The position numbers and the translations under genes are program-made. 64,000 nt of DNA from Hormiphora californensis (lineage: Eukaryota > Animalia > Ctenophora). This document shows, piece by piece, positions 1 through 12,500 of this stretch. The stretch spans positions 1,860,001 through 1,924,000 of the forward strand of contig CM035356.1 in NCBI GenBank assembly GCA_020137815.1, read 5' to 3'. Within the stretch, counting starts at the first letter, position 1. Each line of letters opens with the position of its first letter. The notes under the pieces were generated by a model that searched no databases, was not told where the DNA came from, and saw only the letters and a list, made by a program, of their open reading frames with translations.

Positions 1-203
1 TGTTTTGGTGGAGTTGTGATTGAGTGCAATGGAAGGACGTCTGAAGCTTTCGGTCTTGGGGACGGGAAGTCGCTACAAGGAACAAGGGGGTGTGAAGAGA
101 TAAATTTCAAAACGTGATGTTTTACCTTTTTATTCTTTTTTGAGACCGTTTGTTTTATTTGTACAATGTTTAAGATGGCCGCTTTTCCTTCAAGGAATGA
201 AAA

Positions 204-365
<162 letters not shown>

Positions 366-521
366 GCGGTCATCACACAGTATATGGCGGAATATGGTAC
401 TCAATTAGCGCCAAACAATCAGTTAATTTGCGCAATTATACACACTATTCACTACCTCTAATTTCCCTGCCATGTATTGTTCGGGTATGCTGCCAGCATC
501 CTGCTGATCCTGCTTTTTGGG

Positions 522-1666
522 TCCAAATAAGGGGGGGGGGGTGACACGTAACACTTTGTAACACTTTGTAACATGTGCAGAAAACTTTTTGTGCACGTTA
601 CATGTTACAAAGTGTTACAAAGTGTTACATAGTGTTACAAAGTGTTACATAGTGTTACAAAGTGTTACATAGTGTTACAAAGTGTTACATAGTGTTACAA
701 AGTGTTACATAGTGTTACAAAGTGTTACAAAGTGTTACAAAGTGTTACATAGTGTTACAAAGAGTTACAAAGTGTTACAAAGTGTCACAAAGTGTTACAT
801 AGTGTCACAAAGTGTTACATAGTGTCACAAAGTGTTACAAATTGTTACAAAAACACAAGGTTTTGTAGCGAAGCAAATTTTCAATCTTTGACCAAAAAAT
901 TGATTTTGGAAAAATGTTATTTCTTTTTCCAACAGAAACGTTGTATATCATCTTATTAAGTACAAAGAATCGATTACCAATGAAAAAAGTCGATTGGGTC
1001 ACAACTCACAGGTGACTCAGCACATTGGGGGCCTCTGAGAGGCACAATACTTCTAATATCACTCTAAAACTTTACCGTTGTCTAAAGTTCATATTTTTCT
1101 TTACCAAATGGACTATTTCAGCCCTGATTTCCACAGTCGATGACATCGGAGGCTCAAAACATCCGCAAATTAGTAAAAAAGTGTATGTTTTAACCCTAGA
1201 AATGATTTAAAACTTTTAGATGTGTTCTAGAAAGACACCAAAGTCGTTCAAATTACTTATTCACCAACCGTTGAAAATTTGCTTCGCTACAAATCCTTGT
1301 GTTTTTGTAACAATTTGTAACACTTTGTAACAATTTGTAACACTTTGTAACAATTTGTAACACTTTGTAACACTATGTAACACTTTGTAACACTATGTAA
1401 CACTTTGTAACACTATGTAACACTTTGTAACACTATGTAACACTTTGTAACACTATGTAACACTTTGTAACACTATGTAACACTTTGTAACACTATGTAA
1501 CACTTTGTAACACTATGTAACACTATGTAACACTTTGTAACACTATGTAACACTTTGTAACACTATGTAACACTTTGTAACATGTGCAGAAAACTTTTTG
1601 TGCACGTTACATGTTACAAAGTGTTACAAAGTGTTACGTGTCACCCCCCCCCCCCCCTCATTTGGA
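522..1666. mobile_element. Foldback-type non-autonomous DNA element with 10-bp tandem subrepeats (GTTACAAAGT/GTTACATAGT) in its arms
   Basis: Ends tccaaat(a/g)aG(n)TGACACGTAACACTTTG are inverted repeats. Arrays at ~601-850 and ~1306-1580 are reverse complements. Inner IR 845-885 vs 1271-1310. No TSD recognised. Confidence 0.85.
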
Positions 1667-2132
1667 GCTTCCTGCAAATTGTACATTTCCTGATTAAGTA
1701 CACACAAAACGCGGTATAATAATGTATTTGCGCGCGAAGAACCCTACTTTAAAATGCCCGCGTGTTACGACAATGTAGTCTCTATCTGCAGTAGTCTGTC
1801 CACTGTCCAGGCTTGGTCAACTTTGTCTAGCTCGACCCCCTTTTCGCGAGCTCCGAAAGGTCCAATTTTATTTGTGTGGCTCACACCGCCATTTTATTTC
1901 ATAAAATGACGCGTGTCATGGACCGTGTAGGGTGTTACTGAAAATGTGGGCAGAGGTTTACCCCTACTTTTGCGAGAATGGATATAATAACCTGCCTTGA
2001 TTGGACTGTTGAGAGGGTCAGGGCTGTTTCGATGGCACAGCAGCCAGGGTCGGGCCCTATATGCGATGTTAAATCAGAAGCTGTCTGGTTCTGAAACCTC
2101 AGTGTTTCGCACTGGGGCACTGGGCGCCCTTA

Positions 2133-3219
2133 TAGTGGGAGACACTATCATGGTACGCGCAAAAAAATGTGCACCACACCAATTTGGATTTTTAAAATCA
2201 CACAAAAAAAGTTTTTCAAGATCGACTTTTCACGTTTTGGCTCATAACTCCTGTTCCTGATAGGAGAACACGGTCGCTTGTAGTGGGAAAACGGTAATGG
2301 AAAACGAAGATACAGTAAGACGACGCGCAACCGTGGCCAATCAGGGCGCTAATACGTGCTGAACACATGCAATTTTTGCCGTGCGTTATGCAACGTGCGC
2401 GTCTCCTTAGGCACCAGTTAGAGATTCCCAGGCATCAGTTCCCAAGCTCGGCAGTTCCCAAGCTCGGGAAGCAAGTGAGTGCTGACGGTGCGCGTGAGTA
2501 CTACTTTCCATTCAGTTTACGTGACGCGCAGCAATGTCACATGGTTCACACAGAACCATCTGCGTGCCCGGGCATCATGATGGCCGGGCATGCAGGAACG
2601 CGCCGTGCCCTGATGCCTGGGAGCGTCCCCCGGATATCAGGGTAGCAATCTGTAACTTGTGCGTTACTGTATTTCTATTACGGTAAGGCACCAGTTAGAG
2701 ATTCCCAGGCATCAGTTCCCAAGCTCGGCAGTTCCCAAGCTCGGGAAGCAAGTGAGTGCTGACGGTGCGCGTGAGTACTACTTTCCATTCAGTTTACGTG
2801 ACGCGCAGCAATGTCACATGGTTCACACAGAACCATCTGCGTGCCCGGGCATCATGATGGCCGGGCATGCAGGAACGCGCCGTGCCCTGATGCCTGGGAG
2901 CGTCCCCCGGATATCAGGGTAGCAATCTGTAACTTGTGCGTAATACGACTACAAGCAGCACTGTAAAGACTTACCCTTCGCCATTCGGTGGGGCTTGAAA
3001 TTCCCTTTGATCATATCTCCGGTTCCTGATGAGCTACAGAAATCATTTGGGTACCATTGGAAAGGGAATTTCAAGGCCCATTGAATGGCAAAGGTTTGAA
3101 ATCTTTATCTCATCAGGAACAGGAGTTATGAGCTAAAACGTGAATAGTCCAGTTTAAAAAAAACCCCAAATTGGTATGGCACACATTTTTTGCGCGTACC
3201 ACGCTAGTGTCTCCCACTA
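2133..3219. mobile_element. Non-autonomous TIR element (~130-bp imperfect TIRs) carrying an internal ~255-bp direct duplication
   Basis: TAGTGGGAGACACTA..TGGTACGCGCAAAAAA at left vs TTTTTTGCGCGTACCA..TAGTGTCTCCCACTA at right. Identical direct repeats at 2409-2664 and 2686-2941. Confidence 0.85.
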
Positions 3220-3521
3220 GTAGCCATTTAGTAGCCATTAGCTGTCGTCCGAGAGGGTCCCGGACATCGTTTCTTAAGGATGGTGACGAAATTAACCTAC
3301 CTTGCAGGCACGTTAAAACCTGCCTTACTACCGCGATACTACGAGGGGTAATTTCGTTACCTTGTTTTGTTCAAACGGAGAAGGAGGGTCGAACAAGGCA
3401 ATCGTTACCAACGGGGAGGTTGACTAATCGCACTTGTTGGAGGAGAGAGAAAGGGAGAAAAGAAGGGGGAGAATAATAGAATAAAAAAGCCGAATCCTCC
3501 ATCCGGAGGATTGGGATCGAC

Positions 3522-3751
<230 letters not shown>

Positions 3752-4074
3752 CTGTCACCATTTCATCCCAGTTCCCACGCAATACCGGTAATCGTCGATC
3801 TGGCGTTGGTACAAGTGCAGTTTTTTTTTCTAGTTTCTATGTTTAGAGAGCGATTAGATAGAAAGGTGTGGTACGTTTCTTGCATTGCCTTACTCTCGTT
3901 TTTTAAGAAACTTTTTTATAAGCAACTTTTCAAATGTAAATCACACAATTCAGAGACACCACAACAAAATAGAACACTCCTAACTTGTTTCGTTTCTTGA
4001 TAAAGGATAAATTCTTTTTGTTTTTGGATTGCTTACACCTGTAGTTTCCTAGAAAAAAAGTTTCTTATTTAAAA

Positions 4075-4908
4075 GGGGGGGGGGCGACATGTTAATTGTT
4101 AATAAATCACCTCTTTTTTTCGATTTTGTTAATTAACGTTAATTAACAAAATTAACAAAGTTAACAAATCAGCAAAAACTGTTCTTATTGGTTGATAATA
4201 CGACTTTAACTGGTTTAATTTTATAGTTTAATGACTTTTCTAACACATATATTATATAAACCCAAACAAGGCCTCTTCCGATAACCAAAGTCCGACATAC
4301 ATGTTTTTTGGCTCAAAATCGATAAAATCCAAAAGTTACAAATATTTCAATTTAGCGTATAAAATCTCACTTTAACGTGATTTTTTCATCGATAATCGAT
4401 TCTTTGAACGAAAGAAGATGATGTACAACGTTTCTGTCGGAAAAAGAAACAAAATATTTCCAAAATCAATTTTTTGGTCAAAAATTGAAAATTTGCTTCG
4501 CTACAAATCCTTGTGTTTTTTTAGAAAAATTGATTTTTGGGATATTTTTGTTTTATGGTAAATTCATGAGTCTCAATTAGTTTTTAGGGTTTAAAAAAGG
4601 TGGATTAGGGTCAATTGACTTCAATTGCGGTTTAGTTTGGCTAGTTTTTATTAAAATTTACACAATGGAACAAATCGCTGTAGAAAAGCCGTAGTAGAGG
4701 TTAGTAGGAGTGTGCAAATCGTGCAAAAGGAACAACTTTGCTCGCAGAACAAGTGTTAAATACCAAAAACACGCGCTAAAGGTGATTTAGATGGCATAAA
4801 TGGCATTTGTTAACGTTTGTTAACTTTTTGTTAATTTTGTTAATAAATCACCTGTTTTCTCAATGTTAATATTAACAAAGTTAACAAAATTAACATGTCG
4901 CACCCCCC
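4075..4908. mobile_element. Foldback-type element related to 522-1666, with TTAAC subrepeats
   Basis: G(n)GCGACATGTTAATT ... AATTAACATGTCGCAC(n). Internal 4390-4520 is a diverged reverse complement of 851-980. Confidence 0.8.
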
Positions 4909-5104
4909 ATTTAAAAGTTTCTTGAAATATGCGAGCTTAATTAAAACGAGAGTAATGTGTGTCATTTTCCCAAAAAATATTTTGGTTGGTTGGTTGGTGA
5001 GAGCGGTTGGTACAGTTTGGAGCCCTTGTTGTAGGCTCACGATGCGACCATGAGAGGCTTCCCGGGATGGGATTTGCCACCGCTGGGGGTTGTTTAAAGG
5101 TTGA

Positions 5105-5973
5105 CACGGTGTCCCTTAAGGAGGTGAAACCTCGGCTAGATAAAGTTTTTTGGAGACCGGACCTAGGTTACGTATTTTTGACAATTTCTGACAATTTCAA
5201 ACAAATGCTGTCCACAGGGGACTAAGTTGGTGCACTGGAGGTGACATTTTATTCGTATTGCATTTTTAGACAGATTTGCTGTTTTTCAGGGCTTTTAGAG
5301 GGTGTTTTCAAGGCAAATATAAGCACTTTTATTTTGGCTATAGCTTCTAAACGAAATAAGTTAGACGATTCCCGTTTTTTGCATCACATTGGCATTTGTC
5401 TGAGCTTCATTTTCATGTATGAAGATGTATCTTTTTCGAAATCTTATCTGGATTAGGGTTTGTTGAAGTAGGGGTATTTCCAAAATCCACTGTACCAGTT
5501 TTTCAGCTGTAACTCCTCAACGCCTGCATGAAATGGAATGTCGTAAAAACCAGGTTGTTTGCCTTGAGAAGACGCAAATTTTGGTGTATAATAAATCTTC
5601 TTTTGGTCCACAACTGTGGCCACAGGAGCCAAAAACGTATTTGCAGAGTATACATCTTTGATGGGCCACAGTAAAGAGAGCTTTTGACCAAATCACACAA
5701 ACCCGGGACCAATTTGTAGCAAATCGATTGTATTTTATTAGTCTAGAAGCACAAGATCATATCTTGTAAGGAAATATTTTTTAAATCTCTAGAAAGCGTA
5801 AAAAGTCGAAAATCGCTGAAAAATGACAGTTTTTGCCGTTTTACGCAAAAACCGCTACGTTTTCGATTTTAATTTTATGTTTTTCGGATTCCTCGGTCAA
5901 AAATACGTAACCTAGGTCCGGTCTCCAAAAAACTTTATCTAGCCAAGGTTTCACCTCCTTAAGGGACACCGTG
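5105..5973. mobile_element. Chapaev-like (CMC) non-autonomous DNA transposon
   Basis: ~76-bp near-perfect TIRs starting CACGGTG and ending CACCGTG, flanked by TTGA on both sides. CAC..GTG termini with a 4-bp TSD are the described Chapaev signature. Confidence 0.7.
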
Positions 5974-6589
5974 TTGACAAGATACCTAAAACTTTTCGTA
6001 TATCGTCTTATTTTGATTTATCATTAATTTTCAGTATTTTTTCAGAATTTTTTGTCGGCTAAAAATATGTGCAAAATAAGGGGTCTACTGATAAACTGAT
6101 CAAATTTGTTCTACACGCGGAGCACGCGAGAACTGTGGTCAGAGCATTGGCCTGACAGCTGATAAACGAGAGGCGCAATTTAAAAATTGATACCGTAATA
6201 TCTCCGGTTCCTGATGAGATACAGAAACCGTTTTGGTAGTACTACGGTATAGCCATTAGCCACTGAGCAGCAAGCTACTGTCGGCACCGTTATAATGATA
6301 ATAGGTAATAATATGGAAAGACACGGAGGAAGACTCAGATGTTCAGTACCATCGTTTTGCCTAGCCTCCGGATATAATAAGAGATTTTGAAAAGTGTAAG
6401 ATTTCAGCGTGAGATTGGGAAGAGGGTCAGAACTATGGAAGGGATTTTGGCTGGCTCTAGATCCCTATATCCTGGGGAGTAGAACGGGATACCGGCCAGT
6501 GGTCACGACCGACTGCAGACGACCGTCTGAGCCGACCGACACGGATACGTGTGTAGGAGCACGTGAAGCAATTAAATTATTGCCTTCTT

Positions 6590-6860
6590 CGTTCTTCGAT
6601 CCATCTGTGTAGCATTGTATTAGAGAGGCTTTTTCCATCTCTGCTTCTGCTTCTTGCGTGTAATCGTTCATCATTTCTGGTAGGAATGTTGAGAAGTCCG
6701 AGTCTAGATTTAGTTTCGGTTTGATTGTATCTACTTGTCCTTTTCCTAAACATTTACTAATTATGTCGTCATCTATGATTGAGTGGCCGTTGTGTTTCCT
6801 CATCTCTTTGGTCCATTGCCCCTCATTTCGTAGTTTCGTTATGTTTTTTGTCGCTACCAT
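6590..6860 (-). mobile_element. Remnant of a non-LTR retrotransposon (RNase H N-terminal motif)
   Basis: ORF 6465-6860(-) contains IQCYTDGSK, matching the RNase H YTDGS motif of LINE-type elements. It is truncated. Confidence 0.5.
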
Positions 6861-8704
6861 TTTGAGGTGCTCAACTATGTCGATGCTGCTAAAAATATTT
6901 TGTACTTATTATCGTGGTAATATTCGGACTAAGGGAAGATCTAGGTATTAAGCAATTAAAACTTTCTAATTGCTTAGAGAGCCTCTCTTGTTGAGATATG
7001 TGCTCTAGCTGGTACCCGTTTTAGAGAGCCTCTCGAGAGGCGACGGTCGTCGCAGACAATTTTCCCTATTTGGCACGTGTCTCCCTGGCGACGACATGGC
7101 ACATGAACCCTACGCACATGTAACCAGAATGATGGTTCTCCCATCATTATCCCTTTTTTCGTATTACTTGAATCAATATAAAGAGTTATATGTCGACCAC
7201 TTTAAGTGGTTTTATAGCAGCTACTCCAAGAAAATTAATTGGCATTTTCCCCTTGTTCCTTGCGTAAATTGTTTTAGAATTCGGACTAAAATACGATAAT
7301 ATCTACACCAACATTGCATTATTCATGCTAGCTTGCGAATGAGCCTTAACTGGCTGGAAGTTACTGAGAACAATTTAGTTTTACGATCTAGAAGTATGAT
7401 TTCATATTCTATCACCGACGAAAGACAGAAGACGATCTGATAGTGATTCCGGAAGGATGATCCGGCACTATGCTGTCTCACCCGGCGAGACTTGGCTATA
7501 CATGACTGCTTACAATCCCCAGATGAGAAACCCAAACCAAACCAAGCATTTTTATTGCTTTGATATATTCCCGTTTTTTTATACTTCCTCCGACCTCCAT
7601 GAACTTTATCAATTAGAACGTCATGACTCATGGCGCCCTATGGCGCCCTATGTATTCCTTCAATACCCAGTATTCAAGAGCAATAAATGAAAGGTGCTCG
7701 TGCAATAACGAGGCTAACTAAACAGCTCTCGTAATGCTGTCTCAATTAGTATAGTCTTACTGATAATGCGTCCACTGGGTCCACTAGTACAATTAATATC
7801 CTTGTTCTTGCGAGTATTAATCTTTGCTTATCCAATATTGATACAATATGTACTATGAACGTGTGTAGCTTGGTGCACGTTATACAGTTGGCTGTTCCAA
7901 TGTTGATACAGCTGATTGAAACTCGCAGGAAGAGCCAAAATCATACAAGTACATTTTCTCAACTGCCAACTGACTTGATGCCGTAAATTAGTTTTTATGG
8001 TGCTCACTGCAGGAATGATAGATTCAAGCCAAAGAAAAGTAGTATAATTATAGAGAATTAGGATGCCCTCGTCATTAGAGAGAGAGCTCCAGACCTCCTT
8101 TTGTCAGAATTACAATGCCAGGGTGGCACCCCGATGCCCAGTGCCCCCACCTTTTTATTATGCAAATTACATTGATACCATCTCATACCATGCATTGGAT
8201 AGGAAATTGAGAGGTTGAGAGAGAAAGAGAGAGTGTGTGTGGGTGTATGTAGATACGAATAGAAGTCGTAATACTTATCGTGCTGGTTAGAGCTATCTAG
8301 AAATAGCGTAGTAATTCAATGAAGTAAATTCATGTCATAATTTTGTTTGACAAAACTGATCCTGCGTGCTATTGAGATTGGTAGCACACACTTAGACGAC
8401 TCAATAGAAGTCGGGGGAGAGCAAGTGAGAGTAAAAAAAATAGTCAGAGGAAGATGGAGAGTTGAGTCACCTAACTAGTCACCTGTTTCTGCGCTTGGCA
8501 TATATTATGAAAAATTCAAGAGATGTTGATCGTTGTAAGTCAACTTGCATTGAATATGAGACAGAGAATTGGCGAGAGATCTGGAAAGTAAGAAAAGGGG
8601 AAGAACCTTTAATAAACATGAAAACAGAATAATGAGGAAGAAAGAGAGGTAGAGAGAGAGAGAGACACACAGGGAGAGAGAGGGAGAGAGAGGTAGAGAG
8701 AGAG

Positions 8705-8787
<83 letters not shown>

Positions 8788-8818
8788 GAGAAACTTCTGA
8801 GATGCAGCACCCTTCTAA

Positions 8819-9153
8819 AGTCCAATTTTTTCAACTGTTCACCCCCAAACTCGTGTGTGTGTGAGAAATTTATCTTTTTGACCTATGCACACATAAGTCG
8901 GATTTTTTGAAGTTGTCACCCCCCCCCCCTTTTCACGCACGGCTTTCTATTTGTGTATGACAGCCCCCACTTCCTCAGACTTCTCGGAAAAAAGCCGCAT
9001 ATCATCGGAAAAAGCATAATTTTGTGAATCCGTAAAGATTTTTGACGAAATTGGTCAAGAAACAAAGGCCAAAACAAATTTCCAAAACAAATTTCCAGCA
9101 CGCAAAAAATACGTGCACAAAAATTTGGATGAACAGTTGAAAAAAAATGGACT
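8819..9153. mobile_element. MITE, AGTCC/AGTCGG-TIR family (related copies 18852-19540, 42128-42278)
   Basis: AGTCCAATTTTTTTCAACTGTTCA ... TGAACAGTTGAAAAAAAATGGACT. It contains the variant TIR AGTCGGATTTTTTGAAGTTGTCACCCC internally (~8896). Confidence 0.75.
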
Positions 9154-9559
9154 GAGAATGTCACGTGATTGTATTTATACTCGTGTCAGTTTATTTGATT
9201 TGTAAATGGCTAAGGGCCCAGTTTATTTGATTTGTAAATGGCTAAGGGCCTGCAGTTACATATTGGGAATCTGGTATCAGGAGAATCCTATCGGAATGCA
9301 GATGACAATGCCTGCTGCCCAACTCTCTATTCAGTTTACATGTAAATTTGTGTCACGTGATCACAGAGATGACACGTAGCGTGGTTCATCAGGATTCTCC
9401 TGGGACTCATTCACTCATGCACTGCCTTATTGTCGGTATCAGCCTTGAACTCGGCCCTTGCCTCCTACTATGCCTATATTTGCTACCTTACCCTGTGAGG
9501 TACAGTCAAACCGAACCAAACATTTCTTTAACCCAGTATCCATCCTAATCTAGTGTTAA

Positions 9560-12500
9560 ATGGATCGACTGCTAATATTTCTACTACTGCTCGCGGCAGG
9601 ATGGACTGATTACACGGATTTTACGTTCCAGTTGGTTTCCAAGGATGGCCGAGTTTCAGGGACGGCGAATCACTCTGAGGGTCTCCTCATTGTATCAGCC
9701 AACCACAGTGGAGTCCACGAATATGGAACCCTTGATTGGGATACCATTAAGGACCAACCTCACCTCGATCGAAGTTTTGCTGTGGCGTGCGGTCAAATGG
9801 GCTTTGCAACTGCGGTGAGTATTTTCCCACTGACCAACAGTTACCTTGCCGACAAAGTAAAGTTCAACGACATCGAGAACTTCCATTCTTATGTTCTCTG
9901 CTTCGGTTTAGAGGTGTCCTGGGATTCTTGTTCGGAAAGAGCCATTGAGCTTGATAAAGTTCCAACTACGTTCGTCGGTCTCAAGTGTCTGACGCAGCAA
10001 GAGCTTACCAGCAGAATCCCCACCAAGATTGGCTTTTTTGAGTTTTCTTCCGGTAATGTCATATCGATGCGGGCCCCATTTCTATCTTTTCTTATCGATA
10101 GCAATGACAATAGCCATCACAAACCCATATCTCACCTCCTCAATCCACTGCAGTCGGTTGGTTATTGTGCCTCGAACACACGTCAGCTGTTTGTAACTAC
10201 AATCAGCAGTCTACTTATTACACCCCAGTTGACTCCGATTACCAGTATGCCTGTCCTGAGCACTGACTTCACCACCAGCGAAAATAACAGCATCCCACCC
10301 TTCTTTGGTGACCCCTTGGCATCTCCCTTGTTCGTTTGTCATCAAAACATTGACTCACAGAATTCAAAACAGTACCCATTATCATGTTTCGATAATATGC
10401 TCATCTTTGTTGATAGAGTTACTCCAGAAATGGTCGACGGCACGGAAACATTGCCCTACGCGAGAGATCGGTGTAATTGGCTTACTTCGTGTGATCATGA
10501 TCTTAAAACCCATTTCTCCTCGGCTACAGAATCGTTCTACGTGAGTTACACATGCACTTCCAACTATAACTTAAGTTTCTTTCTTGACAATTACAGAATG
10601 GAAGAAAATCAAAACTGGGTGAACGAGAGACACCTGGGCAGGGGGCATCTCCATGTGAACATAACGTCGGAGGGAGTGACCGTAAGATCTGGTTACTTCA
10701 TGAGTGATCTTAAGGATGAGCCGGAAGAAGAAATGAAACTTTACTTCTGCAACATGATGGGCTATGCTACTGCTGTGGGCTATGAAACCAACAGTGATTT
10801 CAACACCAGTGCAGGACTACTCTTTAAAGTTGAGACTGGAACTGTCGGGTTGTTAACAGAGATCAATCGAGTATCGAATACCAAAGATCTAGGTGTTGTT
10901 GTACTGAGTTGTGGGCCGGAGGATGATTTTTGGGCAAAGAACTTCTCTCTGGCTATAAAGCGAAACATGGTAATGTTAGAAACAGGGGATGGGCAAATGT
11001 ACCAAGTTATGGTTGATCTATCGAACTACGAAACCTTCCCGGATCCTGATCTGTCAGGCTCTTTCCTACCGATCAGAACGTTGGGTGGGAATCTGTGTCA
11101 GAAATTGGGCTACAGGAAAAGCATCTCGATGTCATACAACAATACTCCTACAGGAGATCCTTGTATTGAAATCGGCCCTAAACAGTACGACCACATTTCC
11201 TACGCTTTCCGTGACATGTTCGAATATAGAGCGGGTTTAGGAGTAACAAGCGAGAACTGGAAAGTATACGATTTGGATAGCCTACTACGTTCCGGTACTA
11301 GTTGCAATAATGGCGTCCCTCCCACCAGCTCCCATCAGTTCATCTCCCTAAGATGTTCCAGTGAGGAGTTGCCGGTTAATGAAATCGTGTTGTCCGCATT
11401 AAAAGATGACTTAGAAACCACCGAGGAATTTACATTTTCACTGGTCGCTCGACACATGAGCAGCTCAGAAGGTGGAAAACTATTTTCGGGTCTCGTTTGT
11501 GCGTGAGTAGTGAGATAACGCCGCAGGTCTTGAATGGTGTATGCGAGGATGCTGGTTTTCTAGAACTCTGGTCGTTCACAACACTGGGTTATAAAGTGGA
11601 CAGCTACAGCGATGAGAATATAAGCCAATTCAAAAGCAGTTTGCTCAGGAGTTTTGGTTCGGGTCTGATGAAAATAACAAACCTTAGCAGCTGGCGAGTT
11701 TTCTGAAAACAAGTGCGGCTTTAACGAAGTAATTCAGCTAACATGCCTGGGAAACTTCGATATGACCTTAATGGACATGTTCTCCAGACAAAACGCTTTC
11801 GAACTACCAGGATATAGTCCCGATTCCATATTCAGACACAGCCGCTCTGATTTGTAGCGATGGGAGCACGATTCGAAAACAGCAGAGAGATGAATACTGC
11901 GTAAATACCAACTCAGTAAAATTTGAGTCAACTGACTTTTCAGATCACGTCAGATTAAGCGATAACCCGGGGTTGCTAACAAGTCTAGACGTTGGGCTGA
12001 GGGTAACCTGTACAGACGAACAATCTTGCACTTGGAAAAAGAAAAGGTGCTCTTCGTTTCTTCTCATTAAATGCGGAGAGATATCATCTGACAATCTGGA
12101 GTCCTCCACTAAGGCAGTGTTTGTTGGATCGAACACAATGGAGGCAGATCTAACGACAAACACAGGGACAATCGGGATTTCAATTAGAAAGTTTGGCTTG
12201 TTCGCCAAAGAAATGCCTCTTAGCAACGCATACATGTTGCTATGGACAAACGTGACATCTTATGACACATCTTTTCTGGTGAGTACAGCTGAAGAAGCCT
12301 GTGGACAGGGCGGCTTCCAAGGGGGCACCCTTAACATTAGCCTAACATCCGGTTGTAACAAGTGCAGTCTCAGCAACGCTCAGTTCATTTACTATGGTAC
12401 AGATGAAGATATATTCTGGAACACATTCAGCAGCGAAGCTACCTTTTCTCACTTTCAGCAGCTCCAACTTGTTTGTGGTGGTCAGAGATTAGTTCTCTTA

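Noticed and set aside
601-1580. Regular repeat arrays as CRISPR or telomere
   Set aside because: There are no unique spacers. They are 10-bp subrepeats inside an inverted-repeat element in eukaryotic DNA.
2367-2922. Two near-identical ~90-aa ORFs
   Set aside because: They are a by-product of the tandem duplication inside a TIR element and have no recognisable domain.
7323-7690. Short overlapping ORFs (MIRHYAVSPGETWLYM..)
   Set aside because: No domain or consistent splice chain was found. Probably repeat-derived.
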